A stretch of DNA of 32,000 bases from Pseudothioglobus sp. nBUS_23 (GCF_051201565.1 NZ_CP179200.1:930001-962000), one strand, 5' to 3'. Shown: positions 1 to 9,768, counted from the stretch's first letter. Translations and numbers: made by a program. Notes: a model not told the origin generated them from the sequence alone.

Positions 1-1
1 G

Positions 2-478
2 CTTGCAAATCACTACCCAAATACTGAACTCAGGCCTGTAGCCTCTAATGCGTTAGCAGCAAGAATGGTTAAGGATGAGCCCAATGCAGCTGCTATTGCA
101 TCAAAAGTTGCCTTAAATATTTATGGACTTCAAAGGGTTGCCAAAAACATTGAGGATAATGCAGGGAACGTGACTCGATTTATAGTCATTGGAAAGGACG
201 CAGTTCCAAAAGGTGGTAATGACAAAACCTCTTTGCTAGTAGTTACAAAACATGAGTCAGGCGCGCTTTTTGATTTATTAGAGCCCTTCAAAGAAAACAA
301 GATTAATATGCTTCAATTGGCAAGGCATCCAATCCCAGGAGTCAAATGGGAGTACCTCTTTTTTATTGATATTGAAGGGCATCAAGATGAAGATAACGTC
401 AAACATGCCATCACAAAAATTGAATCTAGAGTTTCTAAGCTGGAGATACTTGGGTCCTACCCGGTTGCTGTTTTATGA
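2..478 (+). CDS. pheA: Prephenate dehydratase (P-protein) C-terminal part with ACT domain; 5' end outside window
   Basis: Frame open from window edge (LANHYPNTELRPVASNALAARMVKDEPNAAAIAS); TRFIVIG and ESGALFDLLEPF...WEYLFFIDIEGH match PheA PDT/ACT signatures; ATGA overlap with next gene. Confidence 0.85.
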   Translation, partial: LANHYPNTELRPVASNALAARMVKDEPNAAAIASKVALNIYGLQRVAKNIEDNAGNVTRFIVIGKDAVPKGGNDKTSLLVVTKHESGALFDLLEPFKENKINMLQLARHPIPGVKWEYLFFIDIEGHQDEDNVKHAITKIESRVSKLEILGSYPVAVL

Positions 479-1539
479 ACGCCTGTGAATCAATCCTTGG
501 CTTGAGTCCATATCAAGGAGGAAAGCCGATAGAAGAGCTTGCTAGGGAGCTTGGTCTTTCAAAAATTTCCAAATTGGCCTCGAATGAAAATCCACTAGGT
601 GTTAGTCAGAAAGTGCAGAAAGCCATCAATGACTCTTTGTCCAATCTAAACCGCTACCCTGATGGCAACTGCTTTGAGCTAAAAGAAGCGATTGCTAAAA
701 AACATGGAGTCTCATCAAGCATGGTCTCTTTAGGGAATGGCTCAAATGAGCTTTTGGAGCTCATAGCGAGGGTCTTTGTTTCAGAACACACTGACGAGGT
801 CATTTTTTCTCAATATGCATTCGTTGTTTATCCTCTAGTGACTCAAGCCCTAGGGGCAACTGCTGTGGTTTCTCCTGCAAATGAATTTGGCCATGATTTA
901 GATGCAATGCTGAGCCTAATATCTAATCAAACAAAGCTTATTTTTGTTGCTAATCCTAACAACCCAACTGGCACTCTTTTAAGTGATGAAGATGTTTATA
1001 GCTTTCTAAAACAAGTTCCTAGTAATATTCCAGTCGTTCTAGATCAAGCCTATTTTGAATACTTGAATATAGATGATCAAGCCATTGGCTGGCTCAATGA
1101 GTTTGAAAATCTTATTATCTCTCGAACCTTTTCAAAGGCCTATGGCCTTGCTGGGCTTCGTGTAGGGTACTCAATTTGTAGTGCACAAATTGCAGACTAC
1201 ATAAACAGAGTGCGGGAGCCATTTAATGTCAATCACACAGCCCAAATGGCTGCAATCGCTGCACTTGGTGACGATAAATACCTTTTAGACTCAGTAAAAA
1301 TGAACTCTGATGGCTATAACCAACTAGTGAAAGGCTTTGATGCGTGCAAATTAAACTACATCCCTTCTTACGCTAACTTTATAGCAGTAGAGTTTAAGGA
1401 CGCCATGAGCACTTATAACAATCTTCTCAAAGAAGGGGTTATAGTTCGCCCAGTTGAAATGAAGAATTACCTCAGGATCTCTATTGGTACTCCAAATGAA
1501 AACGACCATTTGCTTGAAGCGCTTGGAAAAGTCCTATGA
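475..1539 (+). CDS. hisC: Histidinol-phosphate / aromatic aminotransferase (class II PLP)
   Basis: NENPLG motif, SRTFSKAYGLAGLRVGY PLP-lysine motif; sits in pheA-hisC-tyrA-aroA context. Confidence 0.9.
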   Translation: MNACESILGLSPYQGGKPIEELARELGLSKISKLASNENPLGVSQKVQKAINDSLSNLNRYPDGNCFELKEAIAKKHGVSSSMVSLGNGSNELLELIARVFVSEHTDEVIFSQYAFVVYPLVTQALGATAVVSPANEFGHDLDAMLSLISNQTKLIFVANPNNPTGTLLSDEDVYSFLKQVPSNIPVVLDQAYFEYLNIDDQAIGWLNEFENLIISRTFSKAYGLAGLRVGYSICSAQIADYINRVREPFNVNHTAQMAAIAALGDDKYLLDSVKMNSDGYNQLVKGFDACKLNYIPSYANFIAVEFKDAMSTYNNLLKEGVIVRPVEMKNYLRISIGTPNENDHLLEALGKVL

Positions 1540-2387
1540 TTAACAAAATTACAATTATAGGTGTTGGACTAATCGGTGGCTCACTTGCACTAGCTCTCAA
1601 AGAGAGGAATTTAGCTAAAGTTGTCTTTGGTTATGGGAGAGACCAATCACGTCTTGAAGAAGCCCAAAAATCAAACATTATTGATACGTTCTCAACTAAT
1701 ATTAAAGAGGCTATCGATGAGGCTAATATTGTTGTCATTGCAACACCAGTGGGCACATTTAAGGACATTCTTAATCAAATTGAGCCGTTAATCTCAAGTA
1801 ATGTCATTATTACTGATGTAGGTAGCACTAAATCAAATATTGTTAATATTGTTAATGATGTTTTGAGAGATAAGTCAAGCTACTTTATTCCAGCGCACCC
1901 AATTGCTGGAAAGGAAAGAAGCGGCTTTGAAGTTAGTGATTCAAAGCTCTATGACGGAAAGAAGGTCATCATAACTCCGCAAGAAACGAATTCGCCTGAA
2001 TCTATCGAAGTGATAGGTCAGATGTGGAAAAATGTAGGTGCAGATGTGGATTTTATGAGTGCAGAGTCTCACGACAACTTACTTGGAATGACATCACACC
2101 TTCCTCACATGCTGGCATTTTCTTTGGTAAATTACCTTGTAGATCAAAATCCGAATGCATCGATTTATGCAGGTGGAGGATTTAAAGACTTTTCAAGAAT
2201 TGCCTCAGGTGATGCAATCATGTGGAGAGATATTTGTCTACAAAACAAAAATCAAATTATGAGTCACATAAAAGGTTATCAGTCAACTCTAGATGACTTA
2301 CTAAAGGCTATAAATGATGAGGATAGTGCAAAGTTAGGTCAATTATTCACTACAGCTAAAAAAACCCGAGATTCATGGTTAGGATAA
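1536..2387 (+). CDS. tyrA: Prephenate dehydrogenase
   Basis: N-terminal Rossmann IIGVGLIGGSLALAL, HPIAGKE motif, ATGA overlap with hisC. Confidence 0.85.
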   Translation: MINKITIIGVGLIGGSLALALKERNLAKVVFGYGRDQSRLEEAQKSNIIDTFSTNIKEAIDEANIVVIATPVGTFKDILNQIEPLISSNVIITDVGSTKSNIVNIVNDVLRDKSSYFIPAHPIAGKERSGFEVSDSKLYDGKKVIITPQETNSPESIEVIGQMWKNVGADVDFMSAESHDNLLGMTSHLPHMLAFSLVNYLVDQNPNASIYAGGGFKDFSRIASGDAIMWRDICLQNKNQIMSHIKGYQSTLDDLLKAINDEDSAKLGQLFTTAKKTRDSWLG

Positions 2388-2394
2388 CTCTCGA

Positions 2395-3699
2395 ATGTCA
2401 AACTTTGTAACGTCAAACTCTGGGTCCTTAAGAGGAACGATTAAGGTTCCTGGGGATAAGTCAATTTCGCACAGGTCAATCATGCTTGGCTCTATTGCGG
2501 ATGGTGTAACTAGAGTTTCAGGATTCTTAGAGGGAGAGGACAGCCTTGCAACATTAAATGCCTTTAAAGAAATGGGAGTTAATATTGAAAGAGATGGTTC
2601 CAGTGTTGTTATTCATGGTGTTGGTATGAGAGGTCTAAAGAAACCTAAAAACCCTCTTAATCTGGGTAATTCTGGAACTTCAATTCGTTTGATGTCTGGG
2701 TTACTAAGTGCACAAGAGTTTGACTCAGAGCTATGCGGTGATGAGTCTTTATCCACAAGGCCAATGGGAAGGGTCATTAAGCCGCTTCGAGAGATGGGAG
2801 CAGATATTTCTGGAAATGACTCAAAGCCCCCTTTAACCATTATAGGTGGTAAGAAGTTAACCGCTATTGAATACACACTGCCTGTGGCCTCTGCTCAAAT
2901 TAAGTCGTGCCTATTATTAGCTGGTCTATACAGTGAGGGGATGACTTCAATTATCGAAAATGGTATATCGCGTGATCATACAGAAAGAATGCTTAAAGGC
3001 TTTGGGTATGATGTTACAACATCAAACAATAAAATTTCTGTATTGGGGGGTGGCTCGCTTAAGGGATGTAACATTGAAGTGCCAAGTGATATTTCGTCTG
3101 CAGCATTTTTCATGGTTGCCGGTTGTATCTCTAAAAACTCCAGCATAATTCTTAATTCAGTCAATATTAATCCTACAAGAACTGGTGTTATTGAGATTCT
3201 TAAATTAATGGGTGGAAATATTCAGCTACTTAATCAAAGACTTCAAGCTGGTGAGTTGATTGCAGATATCAAGGTATCCTCCTCAAACCTTAAAGGAATT
3301 CAAATCCCTGAAAACCTTGTTCCACTTGCGATTGATGAGTTTCCTGTTCTGTTTGTTGCCGCAAGCTGTGCAGATGGCGAAACAGTCCTTACTGGCGCAA
3401 AAGAACTCAGAGTTAAGGAATCGGATCGAATACAAGTTATGGCTGATGGGCTCAATTCATTGGGGATTAAGAATGAAGTTCTAGAAGATGGCATTCGAAT
3501 TACAGGTGGTGAATTCACTAAACAAACCTCTTCAATCCTGTCTCATCACGATCACCGTATTTCTATGGCGTTTGCAATTGCTTCTGTCAGATCAAATTTT
3601 GATATTGAGATTGAAGGAGTTGACAACGTTAAAACCTCTTTTCCAAACTTTGTTGAATTAGCAAACTCAATTGGAATGAAGATTAAGCAAGAAGGATAA
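2395..3699 (+). CDS. aroA: 3-phosphoshikimate 1-carboxyvinyltransferase (EPSP synthase)
   Basis: PGDKSISHRSIML, LGNSGTSIRLMSGLL, ELRVKESDRI signatures. Confidence 0.95.
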   Translation: MSNFVTSNSGSLRGTIKVPGDKSISHRSIMLGSIADGVTRVSGFLEGEDSLATLNAFKEMGVNIERDGSSVVIHGVGMRGLKKPKNPLNLGNSGTSIRLMSGLLSAQEFDSELCGDESLSTRPMGRVIKPLREMGADISGNDSKPPLTIIGGKKLTAIEYTLPVASAQIKSCLLLAGLYSEGMTSIIENGISRDHTERMLKGFGYDVTTSNNKISVLGGGSLKGCNIEVPSDISSAAFFMVAGCISKNSSIILNSVNINPTRTGVIEILKLMGGNIQLLNQRLQAGELIADIKVSSSNLKGIQIPENLVPLAIDEFPVLFVAASCADGETVLTGAKELRVKESDRIQVMADGLNSLGIKNEVLEDGIRITGGEFTKQTSSILSHHDHRISMAFAIASVRSNFDIEIEGVDNVKTSFPNFVELANSIGMKIKQEG

Positions 3700-3763
3700 A
3701 TACTATAGCAAGCAGTAAAAACACTAGGTTGTTATAATACGCCCTTTTAAAAAACACTAATTT

Positions 3764-4678
3764 ATGTCTATATACGAAGCAGTATTAAAAAACGCAGAGC
3801 CTTTCTTCGCCTGGGACGTACTATCTTGGCTCTTTATTGCGATGATTCTGGCAATTTTAATTGTTTTAATTGACCTTTTTTTATCTAAAGAAAATACAGA
3901 TTCGTCTACAGATGTCATTGAAGAAAAATCAAAATTTAGAAAAATAGCCTACTTTATAATTTTTTTAAAGTTTTCTAAAGCAGAAAAGTACAATCACAGA
4001 CCCAAGCTTGTCCAGTGGTCGATTGAGCTGTTTCCAGTTCTGCTTTTGGTATTTGTTTTTAGAGGCTTTATTTTTGAGCCTTTTCGCGTTCCATCAAATT
4101 CTATGATGCCTACACTTTTGACTGGAGACTTTATTGTCGTTAATAAATTTGACTATGGCTTTAGGCTCCCAATTACAAACACCAAGCTTGTTGAGTTCTC
4201 AAAACCAAGCAGAGGAGATGTCATTGTCTTTAGATACCCTAATTATGAAAAAAATCCTGGGTACTCAGGGGTCGATTTTATTAAGCGCATTGTAGCATCT
4301 CCGGGTGATATTATTTCTTATAGCAATGATCAACTGGTAGTTAATGGTGAGCCACTAAATATTAAAAGTATGGGTAAATATCTTGGGGTTGACTCTGGGA
4401 AAGCAATGAACAATTATTTGCTTGTTGAGGAATTTAATGAGTCCACGCCTCATCAAATACTGATTAATCCAAAAGGTCACTCAAAAGGCATTCCTGAAAT
4501 TACAATTCCAGAAGGTCATTATTTTGTCATGGGTGATAATCGCGCACACAGCAGTGATTCTCGTTTTTGGGGGTTTGTCCCAGAGGAATATATTATTGGA
4601 AGAGCAATCGGAATTTGGATGCACTGGGACTGGAATTACAACACTATGCAATTTAGCAGAATAGGTGGATTCAATTAA
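3764..4678 (+). CDS. lepB: Signal peptidase I
   Basis: N-terminal TM, catalytic boxes PSNSMMPTL, KRIVASPGD, GDNRAHSSDSRFWGFVP. Confidence 0.9.
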   Translation: MSIYEAVLKNAEPFFAWDVLSWLFIAMILAILIVLIDLFLSKENTDSSTDVIEEKSKFRKIAYFIIFLKFSKAEKYNHRPKLVQWSIELFPVLLLVFVFRGFIFEPFRVPSNSMMPTLLTGDFIVVNKFDYGFRLPITNTKLVEFSKPSRGDVIVFRYPNYEKNPGYSGVDFIKRIVASPGDIISYSNDQLVVNGEPLNIKSMGKYLGVDSGKAMNNYLLVEEFNESTPHQILINPKGHSKGIPEITIPEGHYFVMGDNRAHSSDSRFWGFVPEEYIIGRAIGIWMHWDWNYNTMQFSRIGGFN

Positions 4679-4680
4679 GA

Positions 4681-4709
4681 AAGCCCTCTACTTATTAGTT
4701 AGAGGGCTT
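4681..4709. terminator. Bidirectional hairpin terminator between convergent lepB and ctpA
   Basis: Perfect 10-bp stem aagccctcta / tagagggctt with 9-nt loop, followed by ttt. Confidence 0.7.
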
Positions 4710-4714
4710 TGATG

Positions 4715-6085
4715 TTAATTCTTTTTATATATCTTTAAAGCTTTCAGTACGTTGACCGCTTCGTGGACATAGTAATCTTCCATTAACAAGTCTACATACT
4801 CCTGGTCACGTGCATCCGTAATCTCATCTTGAGACTTTAAAATTTCTTCTGGAGTAAGTTCAGTTGGGTCTTCTGAAGTTGTCTCTTCTTCATCCTGAGC
4901 TGACAATGAATTCTTGAGGTCTTTTTCCTGAGAGCTGAAATCAATTGACTCTTCCTCATCCTCACTCTTCAGAGATATATTATCAAGCGCAATGTCAGGC
5001 GAAATTCCTTTGGCTTGTATTGACCTTCCAGAAGGAGTAAAGTATCTTGCTGTGGTTAATTTAAGGCCATAACCATCTTGAAGGCCCATCATTGACTGAA
5101 CAGACCCTTTACCAAAGGACTCCTCTCCCATAATAATTGCACGTTTATGGTCCTGAAGGGCGCCAGCTACAATCTCTGAAGCAGATGCAGAGCCTACGTT
5201 CATAAGCACCACAATAGGTGCACCATTCAAAATATCTCCAGGTTTGGTTGGGAACGACATGTTTGAGCTAGGGGTTCTGCCTTCTGTGTAAACTACAATA
5301 CCCGGCTCATCGATAAACAGGTTCGATATGTCGATTGAAGAATCTAATAAACCTCCAGGGTTATTTCGCAAATCAATAATAAGTGAATCTAGGTCTGATT
5401 CATTCTTCTCAACTAAATCTCCAATAATCTTTTCTACCACCTCAGCTGTAGGTCTTTGGAACTGAGCAATTCTAAGGTAGCCAATACCATCCTCAAGGAG
5501 AAGACCCTTTGCAGAAGTAACCGTGATTATCTCACGCGTGATTTCAACAACAAATGGAGCAATATCTGGCCTTCCTATGGTCAGTTTAATTGTTGTTCCT
5601 GGCGCTCCTCTCATTAACTTTACGCCTTCTTCAAGATTAATTTGACTCACATTTTGATCACCAATTTGTAAGATAATGTCTCCTGCTTTCAGACCAGCTC
5701 TATATGCGGGAGTATCATCTATAGGAGAAACTACCTCAATATAATCGCCTTTGGTTCCGATTACTATGCCAAGACCTCCAAATTTGCCCATGGTGCTCTC
5801 ACTTACCTTGGATTGATCCACTGGTTCAAGATAGCTGGAATGAGGATCTAAACCCTCAATGAGACCTCTTATAGCGTTATTAAATAAAGTTTCATCATCG
5901 ATTTCGTCAACATACATCTGTTTAATTTGTGAAAAAACAGCAGTAAAAGTATTTAGCCCCTCGAAGAAAGAGGGGGAATCGAGAGGGGAGTAGTTGTCTT
6001 CATCTGCTATGGATGGTGAAGAAAATAACAAGAGTGAACTTAAGGCAAAACATAATATTTTGGAAATTGACTTTAAATGATTCAT
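4715..6085 (-). CDS. ctpA: Carboxy-terminal processing protease (S41, PDZ domain)
   Basis: Signal peptide, PDZ AGLKAGDIILQIGDQ, Ser box NVGSASASEIVAGALQD, Lys box FGKGSVQ. Confidence 0.9.
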   Translation of the reverse strand: MNHLKSISKILCFALSSLLLFSSPSIADEDNYSPLDSPSFFEGLNTFTAVFSQIKQMYVDEIDDETLFNNAIRGLIEGLDPHSSYLEPVDQSKVSESTMGKFGGLGIVIGTKGDYIEVVSPIDDTPAYRAGLKAGDIILQIGDQNVSQINLEEGVKLMRGAPGTTIKLTIGRPDIAPFVVEITREIITVTSAKGLLLEDGIGYLRIAQFQRPTAEVVEKIIGDLVEKNESDLDSLIIDLRNNPGGLLDSSIDISNLFIDEPGIVVYTEGRTPSSNMSFPTKPGDILNGAPIVVLMNVGSASASEIVAGALQDHKRAIIMGEESFGKGSVQSMMGLQDGYGLKLTTARYFTPSGRSIQAKGISPDIALDNISLKSEDEEESIDFSSQEKDLKNSLSAQDEEETTSEDPTELTPEEILKSQDEITDARDQEYVDLLMEDYYVHEAVNVLKALKIYKKN

Positions 6086-6235
6086 CTGATGATTGATAAG
6101 TTATTTAATAAAGAGTGAATTGTAATAATATATTATTTCTCAATTATGAAGAAATAATAGAGTTTTTATGAAGAGCATTGTAACTTTTATAGAGTTGGAT
6201 AAAATCACAAAATTAAAATATTTTTAAATAAATGA

Positions 6236-6667
6236 ATGATTAGAAAAATTTGGATATTGATAGCTTTACTTCTTTTTGGGCAGTCCACTCTGTCTGCTAC
6301 TCAATACGGATCTGTAATCGTTTCTAGAGTCATAAGTGTCTATGATGGTGATACATTTAGAGTTGATATTGATTCGCTCTCACCCATTGTTGGCAAGAAT
6401 ATAGCCATCAGGCTAGAAGGGGTTGATACGCCTGAAATTAGAGGCAAGTGTCAATATGAGAATGATTTGGCACTTTTAGCAAGGGATTTTGTTAGGGATA
6501 AACTGAGGAACGCCAAAGAAATTAAACTGAATGATATCCAAAGAGGTAAGTACTTTCGAGTTGTCGCCAAGGTATTTATTGATGGAGTGAGCCTTGAAAA
6601 AGAGCTCCTAGAAAATGAACTAGCATACAGATATAACGGCGGCAAAAAAACAAGTTGGTGCAAATAA
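6236..6667 (+). CDS. Secreted thermonuclease (SNase-like) family protein
   Basis: Signal peptide; DGDTFRV and IRLEGVDTPE motifs typical of staphylococcal-nuclease homologues. Confidence 0.75.
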   Translation: MIRKIWILIALLLFGQSTLSATQYGSVIVSRVISVYDGDTFRVDIDSLSPIVGKNIAIRLEGVDTPEIRGKCQYENDLALLARDFVRDKLRNAKEIKLNDIQRGKYFRVVAKVFIDGVSLEKELLENELAYRYNGGKKTSWCK

Positions 6668-6668
6668 A

Positions 6669-7451
6669 ATGAAAAAAATATTACTATTCGTTTCCCTATT
6701 GATATCTTTCAATGTCTATGCCGATTGGACCAAGGTCCTTCCAGGTAATAATGCCTCCTTATATATCGACTTTGATACGCTCATTGAAAAGGATGGATAT
6801 ATTTTTTGGTGGTATTTAGATTCTTGGGGAAAGGGGAGTGAAAAAACGTACGCCCAAGGTGACTGCAACTTGAAAGGCTTCAGAGTTGAAAGACGCATTC
6901 GATATTCCTTTCCAATGGGTGAGGGAGAGGGTGTAGAAAGAGAAATTAATGGCGCTTGGGAGTACTACCAGCCCAATACTGGTTTCGAGGTTCTGCTGAA
7001 CTTTATTTGCCAAATGTCAAGGCTTGATTCCGAAGAGAAAAGCCAACGAATTGAGGCATTAACAAAAAGAAATGAAGCTCTTGAAAAAGAGAGTGGACTG
7101 AGTGCAATTCAGACAAAAAATGAAGAGATCACTCCTGAGTTAAAAACTCTAAAATTAGAATATATCAATACTGTTCAAGAAAAAATTAAGTCGTTTTGGA
7201 GTTATGAAGATGCAGAAGAATCCTGGTTTTGTGATGTTTTAATTAATCAGGCTAACAATGGTGCAGTTGAAGCCGTTAAGATTTTAGGCTGTAGCTCAGG
7301 TAACACTTCAAATAAAGTAATGCCCAAAAGTGTGGCTCAACCCTTTGGTAACTCGATTAGAAGAGCTATCTTTAGATCGTCTCCTATTCCTTTGCCACCA
7401 GATGAGGCTTTGTTCGAGAATGAGTTAATGATTAGATTTACTTTAGATTGA
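6669..7451 (+). CDS. Secreted two-domain protein: surface-adhesin-E-like N-terminus, coiled-coil linker, TolA/TonB C-terminal-like domain
   Basis: Signal peptide MKKILLFVSLLISFNVYA; DW..V...YIDFDT...DC...Y.FPMGEG...NFIC pattern; C-terminal ...VEAVKILGCSSGN...FGNSIRRAIFRSSPIPLPPD resembles TolA_C/TonB_C. Confidence 0.5.
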   Translation: MKKILLFVSLLISFNVYADWTKVLPGNNASLYIDFDTLIEKDGYIFWWYLDSWGKGSEKTYAQGDCNLKGFRVERRIRYSFPMGEGEGVEREINGAWEYYQPNTGFEVLLNFICQMSRLDSEEKSQRIEALTKRNEALEKESGLSAIQTKNEEITPELKTLKLEYINTVQEKIKSFWSYEDAEESWFCDVLINQANNGAVEAVKILGCSSGNTSNKVMPKSVAQPFGNSIRRAIFRSSPIPLPPDEALFENELMIRFTLD

Positions 7452-7509
7452 CTTAAGGTATGAATCTTCGGGATGTGCCTTGACATAATGCATAAAATAA
7501 CATTTATTA

Positions 7510-7797
7510 ATGAATAGATCTTGGACAGAAGAACAAACAAAACTATCTGTTACAAAGCAGAAGAAGGCTCTGTTTATTCTCTTGCCAGTCATTGTTGCTT
7601 TATTCCTTTATATAGGCAGCCTGAAAGACAAGTACTTTGTCAGCAATATGCAAGACGCCATAGAAGAGTTTTGCCATGATTCTGATTACATTAAATTTCA
7701 TTCATCTAGTTTTTGTGACATTAACAGCATACAAATAGAAAATCAGGGTGAAATATATGTTTTCAGCTGCGAGAATGAAGAGACCTGTTTGTCTTAA
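7510..7797 (+). CDS. Small membrane-anchored Cys-containing protein, WTEEQTK family (paralog of island ORF 15760..16056)
   Basis: MNRSWTEEQTKLSVTKQKKAL + TM helix; 20-nt identity and about 75 nt of similarity with 15760 ORF start. Confidence 0.6.
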   Translation: MNRSWTEEQTKLSVTKQKKALFILLPVIVALFLYIGSLKDKYFVSNMQDAIEEFCHDSDYIKFHSSSFCDINSIQIENQGEIYVFSCENEETCLS

Positions 7798-7873
7798 ATA
7801 TTATGAAAAGAATTTTATTAATCATGAAAAAATTCATTGACAACATTAAAAGCACATTCAGGTCTTTTGAAAG

Positions 7874-8065
7874 ATGACCTATAAATTCATTACATGCTTC
7901 TTTTGCTTTGAAGAGTTTGAGGTTTCATTAGAAGTTGATTCATCTTTTGCTGGGAACAATACCGAAATTTATGATTGCGAAATTTGTTGCAACCCGAATA
8001 AGTTAGATTACGAAGCTTTTGATGGCGAAATTTCAATCACTCATGTTAGTGATGGAAACGAATGA
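7874..8065 (+). CDS. CPXCG-motif cysteine-rich (zinc-ribbon-like) protein
   Basis: CFFCFEEFEV...YDCEICCNPNKL, size and spacing typical of the Cys_rich_CPXG family. Confidence 0.7.
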   Translation: MTYKFITCFFCFEEFEVSLEVDSSFAGNNTEIYDCEICCNPNKLDYEAFDGEISITHVSDGNE

Positions 8066-8144
8066 GTTTTTTTAAAACTTCACCAGATAGAACTCTTATT
8101 AAACCATAAAAAAATATGGAATATCTGCATTATTTAGGTCTATT

Positions 8145-8735
8145 ATGAAACTTATGAGACGAATCATTACTTTTCTATTTTGTTCTATTTTTATTACGCA
8201 TGCCTTTGCACATAAGCCGGTTCTCAATGAAAATTCTACCTATCCTGCAGATGCGCCTTATGAAATTGAGGAGCCTGAAATTTCAAAAGCAATTTACTCA
8301 ACCCTGACTGGTGATCCTCACTACTATCGAATTCAATCTGAGATAGATTTTGACTTCTATGCGGGAATCCTAGCTGCTAAAGTTGGAGAATGTGCTTTAG
8401 AGCAAAAGTTTTCATTTGAAGTCTTGGATTCTGAGTTTCATAGAATAAGTCTTGCTGATGGTGAAAACTTTGAGTGGACTCCTTGGTATGAAGAATATGG
8501 AAAGCAGTGGTATTGGAACGGCCCAGAAATTGGTGAAAACTTCCTGTCTAATAGAGTTTATGATGCAGGAACATACTTCATAAGAGTCTTTAATGAGTCC
8601 AACACAGGGCAATATATTATGGCTGTTGGAGATATTGAAAAGTTCTCATTTACCGATATTGTTGGACTGTTGTTTTCGATGGGGGATATCGAAGATGAAT
8701 ATTGGGACCCAAACCTTTGCCCCTCTAGCTCATAG
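8145..8735 (+). CDS. Secreted hypothetical protein; predicted mature N-terminus begins with His
   Basis: Signal peptide ...ITHAFA/HKPV; stop overlaps GTG start of the cytochrome c gene (TAGTG). Confidence 0.6.
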   Translation: MKLMRRIITFLFCSIFITHAFAHKPVLNENSTYPADAPYEIEEPEISKAIYSTLTGDPHYYRIQSEIDFDFYAGILAAKVGECALEQKFSFEVLDSEFHRISLADGENFEWTPWYEEYGKQWYWNGPEIGENFLSNRVYDAGTYFIRVFNESNTGQYIMAVGDIEKFSFTDIVGLLFSMGDIEDEYWDPNLCPSSS

Positions 8736-9163
8736 TGACTCAATCAAGACTTCTGTCATTGAATAAACTATTACTCTTATCCACATTAATTTTATTGGTA
8801 GGGTGTAGTCCTGAAGAAAAAAATAAAAATTCAAACTCTATGACTTCCTTAGGTGAGAGCGTTTATGAAAAAAACTGTATAGGTTGTCACGGTCCTAATG
8901 GCCAAGGCCTTGCTGAAGACTGGAAGGTTAAAGATGCAAATGGTAACTATCCTCCACCACCACTTAATGGCACTGCTCATACTTGGCATCATTCGCCTGA
9001 GCAGTTGCTTTATACCATTAATAAGGGTGGTACTGAAATGGGTGGACAAATGCCTGCATTTGAAAAGAGGTTGTCGAACGAAGAAAAGCAGGCTTTAATT
9101 GACTATATGTATAATCTGTGGCCAAAAGAAATTCAAACAAGATATGATCAGAAATTCAAATAG
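8735..9163 (+). CDS. c-type cytochrome, lipoprotein-anchored
   Basis: Lipobox LLVGCS, heme motif CIGCHG, distal Met in GGQMPAF; GTG start inferred from signal peptide. Confidence 0.8.
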   Translation: MTQSRLLSLNKLLLLSTLILLVGCSPEEKNKNSNSMTSLGESVYEKNCIGCHGPNGQGLAEDWKVKDANGNYPPPPLNGTAHTWHHSPEQLLYTINKGGTEMGGQMPAFEKRLSNEEKQALIDYMYNLWPKEIQTRYDQKFK

Positions 9164-9171
9164 GAGACAAA

Positions 9172-9618
9172 ATGCAATTCATTCCAGCAATTAATGATGG
9201 TTTTTGGCTTTGTAAGCATACCTGGAAACGGAGCAGAGTAAATACATTGTGGTGCCTGCTTGGCTGCTCAATTGGTGATTTTGGAACTATCTTTGCTTTT
9301 CAGAATATAGAGCATAGCTGGTCAGTTTGGCAAGTAATGGCACTCGCAATAGTTAACGGCTTGATCACAAGTATTGCATTAGAGACACTAATTCTTAGTA
9401 AACAAATGGCAATTAGATTGGCGTTTAAAACAGCTATCGGCATGAGTTTTATTTCAATGATTGCTATGGAACTCGCAATGAATTTGACAGATATTCTGCT
9501 TACAGGCGGTGCAGTGCTCACTTGGTGGGTGATTCCTTTTATGCTATTGGCTGGATTTGTTACACCTTTGCCATACAATTACTGGCGCCTAAAGAAGTAT
9601 GGCATAGCTTGTCATTAA
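9172..9618 (+). CDS. DUF4396-like integral membrane protein
   Basis: About 4 TM helices, CLLGCSIGDFG motif characteristic of DUF4396. Confidence 0.6.
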   Translation: MQFIPAINDGFWLCKHTWKRSRVNTLWCLLGCSIGDFGTIFAFQNIEHSWSVWQVMALAIVNGLITSIALETLILSKQMAIRLAFKTAIGMSFISMIAMELAMNLTDILLTGGAVLTWWVIPFMLLAGFVTPLPYNYWRLKKYGIACH

Positions 9619-9653
9619 TTATGAATAGAGCATTAGAAATCGAGAGAAATTAC

Positions 9654-9682
9654 TTGATAACAATTGAACTGCGGCGAATCAA
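9654..9682 (+). promoter_or_regulatory. Candidate promoter of tRNA-Arg copy 1
   Basis: TTGATA-17 nt-AATCAA about 10 nt upstream of tRNA; same layout as copy 2. Confidence 0.3.
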
Positions 9683-9691
9683 CTAAACATT

Positions 9692-9768
9692 GCGCTCGTA
9701 GCTCAGCTGGATAGAGTGTCGGCCTCCGAAGCCGAATGTCGGGTGTTCGAATCACCTCGAGCGCACCA
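9692..9768 (+). tRNA. tRNA-Arg (anticodon CCG), copy 1
   Basis: Hand-folded cloverleaf: acceptor GCGCTCG/CGAGCGC, D stem GCTC/GAGT, anticodon stem TCGGC/GCCGA, loop CTCCGAA, T stem GGGTG/CACCT with TTCGAAT loop, encoded CCA. Confidence 0.9.

Noticed and set aside
2613-3518. Track ORFs inside aroA: 2613..2876(-), 2960..3148(+), 2976..3164(-), 3260..3484(+), 3300..3518(-)
   Set aside because: All lie fully within the strongly supported aroA reading frame, have no motifs and have odd composition. They are shadow ORFs.
6451-9578. Antisense or alternate-frame ORFs: 6451..6663, 6716..6898, 6816..7013, 7337..7540, 8412..8612, 8558..8743, 8849..9049, 8898..9098, 9300..9578
   Set aside because: Each overlaps a better-supported + strand gene with signal peptides or motifs. 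They are likely spurious.
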